Part shown: positions 38,533 to 49,509 of the stretch, piece by piece
Numbering within the stretch: the first letter of the stretch is position 1
Layout: the number at the start of each line of letters is the position of its first letter
Assembly (NCBI RefSeq): GCF_044704955.1
Contig: NC_091988.1
Location: forward strand, 95,914,001-95,978,000
Direction: 5' to 3'
Origin: Pristiophorus japonicus
Taxonomy: Eukaryota
Length of the DNA: 64,000 nucleotides
The notes under the pieces: model-generated
Seen by the model: only the letters and a program-made list of their open reading frames with translations
What the model was told of the DNA's origin: nothing
Databases searched by the model: none
Position numbers and translations under genes: made by a program

Positions 38533-38889
38533 GGTTTGGATGTGATTACATGATGTTTGTCCATTTTATCCAGCAGTACTGTCCCTGACAATAACCTCAG
38601 TATAACACCAAACTTAGAAGGGGAAGGCAAATTAGGAGAGGGAGGTGAATGTCTTGACTGGCCTGCTGATAAGTACCTGGAGATGAATATGATGAGAGAG
38701 GATGAGCGGTATTGTAGTTTGATATTTTCAACATACTAGGAGCAGCCAGAAAGAGCACGGTGGATTTTTCTAGCCCTGCAGATGCCTGGGTTCCTGGGTT
38801 AAATGTATCTGGTTACCAATTCTCCATCATCTTGTGAAAGTGTAGACTTTTGCGGAGTTACTGTTCCATGGGTGCTGTGGTGTCTGCCA

Positions 38890-39332
38890 TTAGCTGTATG
38901 TCATGGCTCAGTTAGTAGCCTCTGAGTCAGAAGATTGTGAGTTCAAGTCTCACTCTAGAGGCTTGAGCACAAAATCTCAGCTGACATTCCATGCAGTATC
39001 TGAGGGAGTGCTGCACTGTCGGATGAGCCATCTTGCATCCGTTAAACCAAGTCTACGTCTGCCCTCTCGGGAATGGCGCTATTTTGAAGAAGAGCAGGGC
39101 AGTTCTCCCTGTTGTCCCAGACAACATTTATCCCTCAATCAACTTCACTAAAAAAACAGATTAATTAGTCGTTATCACATTTCTGTTTGTGGGATCTTGC
39201 TGTGTGCAAATTGGATGTTGTGATTCCCACATTACAACAATGACTACACTTCAAATGTACTTCATTTGCGTAAAGGGCTTTTGGACGTCCTGAGGTTGTG
39301 AAAGGCGCTATGTAAATGCAAGTTTTCCCTTT
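38890..39332 (+). mobile_element. Deu-core SINE
   Basis: tRNA head (TGGCTCAGTT...GTTCAAGTC), core and tail. Confidence 0.78.
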
Positions 39333-39344
39333 TATAATGCAAGT

Positions 39345-40460
39345 ACCAGACGAAGTTTGTAAGAAAAGAGGGAGAGAACAAACAGGGAACTACAGGCCAG
39401 TTAGCCTAACATCAGTCGTTGGGGAAATGCTGAAATCCATTATGAAGGCAGAGATAACAGGGCACTTAGAAAATCATAATTTGATTAGGCAGGGTCAACA
39501 TGGTTTTATGAAAGGGAAATTGAGTTTAACAAATGTAGTCACGTTTTTTGAGGATATAACTAGTAGGGTAGATAAAGGGAATCCAGTGGATGTAGTGTAT
39601 TTGGATTTCCGAAACGCATTCGATAAGGTGCTGCATAAAAGATTGCTCATGGGGTTGAAGGTAATATATTAGCTTGGATAGAGGATTGGTTAACGGACAG
39701 AAAACAGTAGGGATAAACCGGTCGTTTTCCGGTTGGCAGGCTGCAACTAGTGGGGTGTCGCAAGGATCAGTGTTGGGACGTCAACTATTTACAATCTAGA
39801 TTAATGACTTGGATGAAGGGATTGGTTATAATGTATCCAAGTTCGCTGATGATTCAGAGCTAGGTGGGACAGTAAACTGTGAGGAGGACACAAAGAGCGT
39901 GCAAAGGGATATAGACAGGTTGCGTGAGTGGGCATTAAGGTGGCAGGTGGAGTATAATGTGGGGAAATGTGAAGTTATTCACTTTGGTAGGAAGAATAGA
40001 AAAACAAAAACATTTTTAAATGGTGAGAAACTATTAAATGTTGGTGTTGAGAGATTTAGGTGTCCACGTACAGGAAACACAAAGTTAGCATGCAGGTACA
40101 GCAAGCAATTAGGAAGGCAAATGGCATGTTGGCCTTTACTGCAAGGAGTTTGGAGTACAAGTCTTACTACAATTGTACAGGGCATAGTCCCAGGATAAAG
40201 AGTTGTCCATTTAAGACTGAGATAAGGAGGAATTTCTTCACTCAGAGGGTTGTGAATCTTTGGACTTATCTACCCCAAAGGGCTGTGGCTGCTGAGTCAT
40301 TGGGTACATTAAAGGCTGAGATCGATAGATTTTTCTCTCAAAATCATCGGATTTGAGGATTGGGCAGGAAAGTGGAATTGAGGTCGCAGATCAGCCATAA
40401 TATTGAATGGCGGAGCAGGCTTGAAATGCCGTATGGCCCACTACCGCTATTATGTATTCT
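39345..40460 (+). mobile_element. CR1 RT and 3' fragment
   Basis: NYRPVSLTS, QHGFMKGK, YLDF and KFADD. Confidence 0.88.
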
Positions 40461-41449
40461 TACATTCTTATGTAAATATCTTTATCATTTTCCGAATGGA
40501 AAGGTGACCTCAATTGGAGGAGTTCAGAGCATTCTCTGTCTAGTAGGTACCCAAGCATCCACTGTGTCACGGATGGTTCAATGCATCAACCCCAATCCCT
40601 ACATCAACAGGATGGTGTACCACTCCGTTAATGTGCAGGCCCTTTAGGCTACAGCAAAGTGATCCTGAAAGTGCCTGTTTTCGGGAGTAGTCATGATGCT
40701 CTCATTAGGGAGCAGTCCACAGTCCCTGTATTCTTTGACAGCTCCTCGAAAGTGAACTGAAGAGTGTTGGGAGACCAGAGTTACCTGTCAGCCATTGCTG
40801 ATGACCCCAATCAGAAAGGAAGTCGGGGGTTTTGGGGAGCGGGCAGGAAAGTGGATTTGAGGCCAAGATCAGATCAGTCATAATCTTATTGAACGGCGGA
40901 GCAGGCTCGAGGGGCCAAATGGCCTACTCCTGCTCCTATTTCTTATGTTCTTAGTGCCACACAGCTGCAGAGCTGAATGAAGCCCACGCCACCACCTGGG
41001 TTACTGTGGAATTAGGATAGTAAAGGGACTGTTCTGTTGTGAAAACCACTTTACTGCTCTGCAGTCCAACCAAAATCAACAAACAGCTGCTTTTGCCATC
41101 AAAGGAGAAGGTTCACGGGGCTGCAGGACCACAGGAACTGAATGAGGAGGAGAGCTGACACAGAGGGAGCAGATGTGCAGGCAAGGAGAATGTGGCACAA
41201 CTTCCAGTAATGGACCCCTTCTGCCTCTCCTACACACTGTCACCCCAGGACCATGCTGCAATTCCTTCCACTGAAGCTGAACTGCCATCTTTCAGCCCGC
41301 CTGCTAGATATTTTCCCAGCCCTATCCAACAACACTGTCCATACAAAGCAGAAATTAAAAGATTTATACGTATTTAGTGCTATTTACATTGGTAATATGG
41401 TCTAGGTTCTACACTTGTGCTTTCTCTTGGTCACCTTATTACATGAAAT

Positions 41450-43340
41450 GTACAACACAGAAACAGGCTATTCGGCCCAACTGGTCTGCTCCACACGAGT
41501 TTCCTCCCACCTTTCATCTAAACCTATCATCATCTTCTATTCCTTTCCCCCTCATGTACTATTGAGCTGCCCCTTAAATGCACTATGCTTATTCGTCTCG
41601 ACTTCTCCACGTGGCAGCAAGTTTCACATTCCACATAGTCTCTGGGTAAAGAAGTTTTTCCTGAATTCCTTGTTGGTGACCATCTTATACTTGATTCCTC
41701 TCCCCACATCGAATCATAGAAATTTAAGGCGCAGAAGGCGGCCATTCGACCCATCATGTCTATGCCAGCCAAAAAAAAGCTAGCCAGCCTAATCGCACTT
41801 TACAGATCTTGGTCCGTAGCCTTGTAGGTTACGGCTCTCTAAGTGCACATCCAAGTAGTTTTTAAATGTGATGAGCATTTCTGCCTCTACCACCCTTTCA
41901 GGCAGTGAGTTCCAGACCGCCACCACTCTCTGAGTGAAAAAAAATTCTCCTCAACTCCCCTCTAATCCTTCTACCAATTACTTTAAATCTATGCCCTCTG
42001 GTTAAATTATTCTCTCTACTCGGGGAAATAGGTCCTTCTTATCCACTCTATCTAATTTTTTACACCTCAACCAAGTCTTCCATCAGCCTCCTCTGTTCCA
42101 AAGAAAACAGCCTATCCAATCTTTCCTCATAGCTAAAATTCTCCAGCCCAGACAACATCCTTGTAAATCTCCTCTCTACCCTCTCTGGTGCAATCACATC
42201 TTTCCTGTAATGTAGTGAGCAGAACTGAATGTGTACTGTAGCTGTGCCTTGGTGAATAAAGGAAAGTATCCCAAATGCCGCCTTATCCACATGATCTACT
42301 TGTCCTGCTACCTTCAGGGATCTGTGGACATGCACTCCAAGGTTCCTCTGGAATTCTCAGTACCTTACTATTCATTGTGTAATTTCTTGCCTTGTTAGCC
42401 CTCCCCAGATGCATCACCTCATACTTGTCCGGATTGAATTCCATTTGCCATTATTCTGCCCACCTGACCAGTCCATTGATATCTTCCTGCAGTTGACAGA
42501 TTTCTTCCTCACTGTCAATCACATGGACAATTTTTGTATCTTCTGCAAACTTCTTAATCATGGCCCTTACATTGAAGTCTAAATCATTGATATATACCAC
42601 AAAAAGCAAGGGACCTAGTACATAGAAACATAGAAAATAGGTGCAGGAGTAGGCCTTTCGGCCCTTCTAGCCTGCACCGCCATTCAATGAGTTCATGGCT
42701 GAACATTCAACTTCAGTACCCCATTCCTGCTTTCTCGCCATACCCCTTGATCCCCCTAGTAGTAAGGACCTCATCTAACTCCTTTTTGAATATATTTAGT
42801 GAATTGGCCTCAACAACTTTCTGTGGTAGAGAATTCCACAGGTTCACCACTCTCTGGGTGAGCCCTGCGGAATCCTACTGGAAACAAGAACATCCATCAA
42901 CCATTACACTTTGCTTCCTGCCACTGAGCCAATTTTGGGTCCAACTTGTCACTTCCCCTTGGATCCCATAGGCTTTTACTTTTCTGACCAGTCTACCATG
43001 TGGGACTTTCCCAAAAGCCTTGCTAATATCCATGTAGACTACATCAAATGCACCACCCTCATCAACCCTCCTTATTACTTCCTCATAAAATTCAACCAAG
43101 TTAGTCAGACACGACCTTCTCATACAAATCCATGCTGACTGTACTTGATTAAATGACAATTAATCCTGTCCCTCAGAATTTTTTTCCAACAATTTGCCCA
43201 CAACCGAGATAGGCTAACTGGCCTGTAATTACTCAGTCTATCCCCTTCTCACTTTTTAAACAATGGTACTTTAGCAGTCCTTCAGTCCTCCGGCATCACA
43301 TCTTTAGCCAGAGAGGATTGAAAAATGATGGTCAGAGCCT
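41450..43340 (-). mobile_element. Nested minus-strand CR1 fragments
   Basis: Several CR1 tails (near 41450, 41710 and 42620) and RT peptides SCLTNLVEFYEE and YMDISKAFGKVPH. Confidence 0.8.
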
Positions 43341-43789
43341 CCACTATTTCCTCCCTTGTGGAAACAACTTTCCTATGTCTGCCCTATTGAATCTTCATCA
43401 TTTGAAATACCTCTAATTAGGTCAGCCCTCGAGAGAAAAGAGCACCAGCCTGTTCAGTCTTTCTTGATAGTTATAACCTTATAATGCATGCTTGCCCTAC
43501 TTCAGAACTATAAATTGTATTCACGTGCTCCAAGTGGGAGGAATAACGATGGTGGTAAGGTTTGATGGTCCAGCTCTGTTGGGATGGTTGTGGTCTTGAA
43601 CATCTGGGTCACAAGATGTCCCTGCACCAGTTGGAGTCATGTCCGATGATGTAGTGACTGCTTGCGCTTCCTCAAATCTTCAAGGGGCTTGGCTACTATG
43701 GGAGGATATGCAGCCACCTTGAGAGGAAGCCTCCATATCGGACCCTTCTGCTGGATCACCACTGGGCAGCATGAATAGGGCTGGAGCTT

Positions 43790-44550
43790 GTCACCCCCAA
43801 CCACAAATCTATCAATCTCAGTTTTGAAAATTTCAATGGACTCAACAGCTTTTTGGAGGAGAGAGTTCCAGAATCCCACTACCCTTTGTGTGAAAAAGTG
43901 CTTCCTGACATCACCACTGATTTTAAGGTTCTTCTGGACTTCCCAACCAGAGGAAATAATTCCTCTATCGACCCTGTCAAATCACCATTGTTATTCCTCC
44001 TTAAAGGGTTAAATGATGAGGACAGGTTGCATAGACTAGCCGTGTATTCCCTTGACTATAGAAGATTAAGGGGTGATCTCTCTATCCTATCAAATCCTGT
44101 AATCAGCTTAAACACCTCAGATTCATCATCCCTCAATCTTCTAAACTCAAGGGAATACAAGCCTAGTCTATGCAACCTGTCCTCATCATTTAACCCTTTT
44201 ATTCCCAATATCATTTTGATGAATCTGTGCTGCACCCCTTCCAAGGCCACTATACCCTTCCTGAGCTGCAGTGTCCAGAACTGAACACAGTACTCTAAAT
44301 GGTGTGTAATCAGAGCTTTATACAACTGTAACATCACTTCCACCCTTTGTATGCCAGCCCCCCTTGAGCCTTTTTAATTAGTTTTTGTACCTGCCCACTA
44401 GCTTCTGAATGTGGTCCCCTAAATCTCTCTGCTCCTCTATAGTTCCTAGCTTCTAGCCATTTAGAAAATACTATGATATACCTTTCCATGTCCAAAGTGG
44501 ATGACGTTATACTTCCTCACTTTAAACTTTCCATCAGCCACAGTTTTGCC
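43790..44550 (-). mobile_element. CR1 fragment with an internal inverted duplication
   Basis: HLEYCVQFW...KGLNDEDRLHRL on the minus strand, and the same KGLNDEDRLHRL on the plus strand at about 44003-44040. Confidence 0.8.
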
Positions 44551-46035
44551 CAGGATTCTGGGGAGGTCCCAGCAGATTGGAAAACTGCAAATGTAATGCC
44601 CCTATTTAAAAAAGGAGGCCAACAAAAAGCAGAAACTATAGACCAGTTAGCCTAACATCTGTGGTTGGGAAAATATTGGAGTCCATTATTAAAGAAGTAG
44701 TAGCAGGACATTTGGAAAAAATTCAGTCAGGCAGAGTCAGCATGGATTTATGTTTGACAAATGGAATGTTGGCCTTTATTGCAAGGGGGATAGAGGAGAA
44801 GTCATGTTTGACAAATTTTCTGGAATTCTTTGAGGATGTAACGAACAGGCTGGATAAAGGGGAACCAGTGGATATGGTGTATTTGGATTTCCAGAAGGCA
44901 TTTGACAAGGTGCCACATAAAAGGTTACTGCACAAGATAAAAGTTCACGGGGTTGGGTAATATATTAGCATGGATAGACAATTGGCAAACTAACAGAAAA
45001 CAGAGAGTCGGGATAAATGGTTCATTCTCGGGCTGGCAATCAGTAACTAGTGGGGTGCCGCAGGGATTTAACTATTTACAATCTATATTACTGGCTTGGA
45101 TGAAGGGACTGAGTGTAATGTAACCAAGTTTGTGCTGATGATACAAAGATGGGTGGGAAAGCAAATTGTGAGGAGAATACAAAAAATATAGACAGGCTTA
45201 GTGAGTGGGCAAACGTTTGGCAGATGGAGTACAATGTAGGAAAATGTGAGGTTATCCACTTTGGCAGAAAAAATATAAAAGCAAATTATAATTTAAATGG
45301 AGAAAAATTGCAAAGTGCTTCAGTACAGAGGGACCTCGGGGTCCTTGTGCATGAAACACAAAAACTATGCAGGTACAGCAAGTGATCAGGAAGGCAAATG
45401 GAATGTTGGCCTTTATTGCAAAGGGGATGGAATATAAAAGCAGAGAAGTCCTGCTACAACTGTATAGGGTATTGGTGAGGCTACAAAAACTGTGCAGTTT
45501 TGGTCTCTGTATTTAAGGAAGGATATACTTGCATTGGAGGCAGTTCAGAGAAGGTTCACTAGGTTGATACCAGAGATGAGGGAGTTGACTTATGAAGATA
45601 GGTTGAGTAGGTTGAGACTATACTCATTAGAGTTCAGAAGAATGAGAGGTAATCTTATCGAAACATGTAAGATAATGAGAGGGCTCAACAAGTTCGATGC
45701 AGAGAGGATATTTCCACTCATAGGGGAAACTAAAACTAGGGGCATAGTCTCAGAATAAGGGGCCACCCATTTAAAACTGAGATGAGGAGGAATTTCTTCT
45801 CTCAGAAGATTGCAAGTCTGTGGAATTCTCTGCCCCAGAGAGCTGTGGAGGCTGGGTCATTTTATATATTTAAGGTGGAGTTAGACAGATATTTGAGTGA
45901 TAAGGGAGTAAAGGGTTATGGGGAGCGGGCAGGGAAGTGGAACTGAGTCCATGATTAGATCAGCCAGGATCTTATTAAATGGCGGAGCAGGCTCGAGGGG
46001 CAAAATGGCCGAATCCTGCTCCTATTTCTTATGCG
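44551..46035 (+). mobile_element. CR1 RT and 3' fragment
   Basis: DSGEVPADWKTANV, YLDFQKAFDKVPH and WQMEYNVGKC, followed by a CR1 3' UTR. Confidence 0.9.
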
Positions 46036-46379
46036 TTCTCATTTTTGTTAACAGCCTTTTGTGTGGAATTTTATTGAATGTCTTCTGCAAGTCCATATAA
46101 ACAAAATCCATAGGCACTCCCTTATCTGCCACGTTAGTTACCTCCTAAAAAAAATCCACTTAGTTCATTAGACATGACTTACTATTTACAAATTCATGCT
46201 GACTCTATCTGATCAGCTCATATTTATCCAAATGCTCAGTCCCTCTGACCCCATAATAGTAACTTCCACACAATAAATAGGCCTATAATTCTCTCCAACC
46301 CTCCTTATATAATAGTGACATTGGCTATTTTCCAATTCCTGAATCAAGAGGTTGGGGGTTCAAGAAACCCCACATCAGT

Positions 46380-46668
46380 CAATGAGCCCGCCCCCTCCGG
46401 AGTAGGAGGGGCACCATCAGCTTCATCCAATTAAAGAACAGAGCTGTGATGGATGTACGTGCTGACCAATCACCGCGCGGATCCAGAACACTGGCAACTA
46501 TCACCATATTAACTGTCAATCAGGGCGAGCCCAGTGATTGACAGCCAATTAACCAATCAGCACGGCAGCGGCACGTTAAGAGGCGGTTCCAGCCAACCCA
46601 CCCAATCCGGGGGCTGCATGCGCCGGGTTTGAGTGGCGCAGCGAGCAGGCCGAGTGTTTCCCCGAGCA
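46380..46668 (+). promoter_or_regulatory. VHL: VHL proximal promoter and 5' UTR
   Basis: GC box CCCGCCCCC (~46387), five CCAAT boxes, HRE core TACGTG (46456-46461), an inverted TGATTGACAG pair (46513-46544) and CpG enrichment. Confidence 0.75.
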
Positions 46669-46873
46669 ATGCCGGAGAATGTGAACCCAGAGGCCGAGGC
46701 CTCGGAGGCCGTGGGCCGGCTCCGCTCCTACCACAGCCTCGAGCGCTCGTTCGTCACCTTCTGTAACTGCACGGGCCGCAGCGTCCGGCCGGTCTGGATC
46801 AACTACCGCGGGCAGCCCGAGGCGTACGCCAAGTTGGCGGCGCAGAGCGGCCGCAGGATGAACACTTTCCTGG
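46669..46873 (+). CDS. VHL: VHL exon 1 (von Hippel-Lindau E3 ligase substrate receptor, beta domain)
   Basis: Encodes MPENVN...RLRSYHSLERSFVTFCNCTGRSVRPVWINYRGQPEAY...GRRMNTFL(G), matching human [36 protein letters not shown]. Donor G|GTGAGG, phase 1. Confidence 0.95.
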
Positions 46874-47152
46874 GTGAGGGGAGCGGCCCGGGCCGGAGAG
46901 GGAGCTGGGGGAGGAAGAGGCCCCGGGCCTTGGGGGAACGGGCCCGGGCATTTACATAGGTTTGGGTGGGAGGTATTTAGACGAGTTTCAAGTATGTGTG
47001 AGGGTGGAGGGTATTTAGGTGGGTTTGGGGTGGGGGAGCTGTTTAGGTGGGCTGTGGGTGGGGTTTGGGGTAGAGGTGACTCCATTCTCCGCTTGCAAGT
47101 TTGTCTTTTCAAGTATTGCATTGCTTTATCTGTCTGTCTGGTTCTCTCGCAG

Positions 47153-47290
47153 GTCACCCATGGATGTTCCGGGATGCAGTTTCTGATGACCGGCTTCTCG
47201 TCAATGGGCACGAGGTCTTTGTCCCACCTCCTGGGCAGGATAATGAAATTGGACAGCCTTGCTACATCATGGTTAATATCACCATTCCAG
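47153..47290 (+). CDS. VHL: VHL exon 2
   Basis: Acceptor CGCAG|, encodes HPWMFRDAVSDDRLLVNGHEVFVP...NITIP, donor |GTAAGC; 138 nt. Confidence 0.95.
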
Positions 47291-48246
47291 GTAAGCAGCT
47301 GCCTGCAAAAAAAAAAAAATCTGTGGGCAAAACATCATTACAGGCTGTTCCCACCTTTTTCCCCTCCCCAATGGCTCAACGGCAAAAGTGCTCCCTGCTC
47401 TGGCACTGTGCCATAAACACAACGTTCCATTCCCAGCTTGTGCTGAGTTAGCTGATCTCATCTGGGTTGTTGCACTCTCCTTCAGTGCCCTGGTTCAGGA
47501 AGGGAAATGTAGCCACTCACTGATTGCGATCCCCGACGGGTGAGGGCATCAGGCTTGCCTCTAGTAATCCTCGTGGTCGGATAGCCCCTCACTTCCGCCT
47601 CCATCCCTTTGCAAGACTCCCTGCATAGGCTTGCACGTTAAGAATAAGGGATTCTCGGGATATGGGGGTCTGTCATTGGGAACTGATGTGAAGATCCGCC
47701 ATGATCTTATTGAATGGCGGAGCAGGCTCAAGGAGCAATATGGCCTACCCCATGCTCCCATTATTTATATTCTTATGAACTGCCATGCTTTACCTAAAAT
47801 GGCCAATGCTTGCTGAATAGTATCCCAGCATGAGGTTGCCTCGAGCATCGAATGGCAAGGACAGAAAGCTCCTGCTGCCTGCTCTGTGTTTACAGACAGG
47901 TCTGCACTTTAGGTGGAGAAGGAGCTGCTTCATATTCAGAGAGTTTTGAATATTTGTGATTAAAATTAGCTTCAATGTTGGAAGAATATTTTCTGTATTG
48001 AGTGCCCCTCCCTCTCCCTGCTGTGGGTGATAGATTTAAGCTGGCATTGCAATATGCATTAATAAAAACAGAAAATGCTTGAACACACAGCAGATCAGGG
48101 CGCATCTGTGGAGAGAGAAATAGAGTTAATGTTTCAGGCCGATGGCCTTTCCATCGGAACTGGTATAGTAATGTCCAGCTGCAGTGGTAATTAAATTTTC
48201 TCTTGTGCATCGTCATTCTGCCAAGCAGAATTGAAGCCCACGGTAA

Positions 48247-48665
48247 GGAAAGAAAGACTTGGATTTATATAGCGCCTTTCACAACCACCAGACATCTCAA
48301 AGCGCTTTAAGGTCAATGAAGTACTTTTTGGAGTGTAGTCACTGTTATAATGTGGGACTCTCTCAAACAGCAATATGATAATGGCCATATAATCTGTTTT
48401 ATTTTGTTATGTTGATTTGAGGGATAACTACTCACCAGGACACCAGGGATAACTCCCCTGCTCTGCTTCGAAATAGTGCCGTGGGATAATTTACGTTCAC
48501 CTGAGCGAGCAGACAGGGCCTCGGTTTAACTTCTCATCTGAAAGACGGCACCTCCGACAGTGTAGCACTCCCTCAGCACTAGTATCAGCCTAGACTTTTG
48601 TTTGTGCTCCAGTCCCTGGAGTGGGACTTAAACCCACAGGCAACCCACTGACCCACAGCTGACAC
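48247..48665 (-). mobile_element. Deu-core SINE in VHL intron 2
   Basis: Reverse-complement core with a GAAAGAAAGAC tail at left. Confidence 0.8.
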
Positions 48666-48734
48666 TGGAAGAATCAATGCGGGCACCTATGCCTAGAACG
48701 AGAGGGGCATCGGCAGAGTACATAACTGGCCCAG

Positions 48735-49150
48735 GTATCAGCCGCAGCTCAATGGGTAGTATTCTCGCCTCGAGTGAGAACGTTGTGGGTTCAAGCCCCA
48801 CTCCAGGAGCACAAAATCTGGGCTGACTGTCCCAGCGCAGTACTGTGGGAGTGCAGCACTGTTGGAGGTGCCGTCCTTTAGATGAGATGATAAACCGAGG
48901 CCCTACCCTCCCAGGTGGACGTAAAAGATTCCACAACTCTCTTCCGAAGACCCTCCACCAACACCTAAAGCAGATGATCTGGTCATTTATTTAATTACTG
49001 TTTCAGTTGGAGCTTGCTCTGCAGAATTTGGCTGCTACGTTTCCTGCATTACCATGGTGACTACACTTCAAATGTACTTTCATTGGCTATAAAGTGCTTT
49101 GGGACATCCTGAGGTCGTGAAAGATGCTATATAAATGCAAGTTTTTTTTT
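48735..49150 (+). mobile_element. Deu-core SINE in VHL intron 2, head-to-head with the previous copy
   Basis: tRNA head GCTCAATGGGTAG...GGTTCAAGCCC, core and tail. Confidence 0.8.
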
Positions 49151-49324
49151 CTCTTGTGCTATCTCACGCAATGAACTGGAAAGGACTATGAGATAACGAT
49201 GGATTGTCTGGTTTGAGAAAAATGAAATTTAAACTGTACAACTTTTTAAAAAAATGTTTGTCAGTGAGCAAGCCAACTGCTCCTTTGCAACAAAGCTCAA
49301 ATGGTGTATTTCCTTTCTATGCAG

Positions 49325-49509
49325 TTTATACACTAAAGGAGAGGTGTCTGCAAGTGGTGCGAAGCCTTGTGAAGCGCGAGGATTACAGGAATCTGGAGAT
49401 TGTCGGATCGCTTTATGATGACCTGGAGGATCAGCCACAGGTCCTGAAAGATCTTCAGCGACTTCAGCAGCAGCTGGCTGAATCAGAGGAGACTTTAGAA
49501 GCTGACTAA
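49325..49509 (+). CDS. VHL: VHL exon 3 (alpha domain, BC box, stop)
   Basis: Acceptor TGCAG|, encodes [35 protein letters not shown]...LEAD*. Total CDS is 528 nt (175 aa). Confidence 0.96.

Noticed and set aside
46576-47416. 211-aa antisense ORF and 180-aa alternative-frame ORF over VHL
   Set aside because: Shadow ORFs of GC-rich VHL exon 1 and intron 1.
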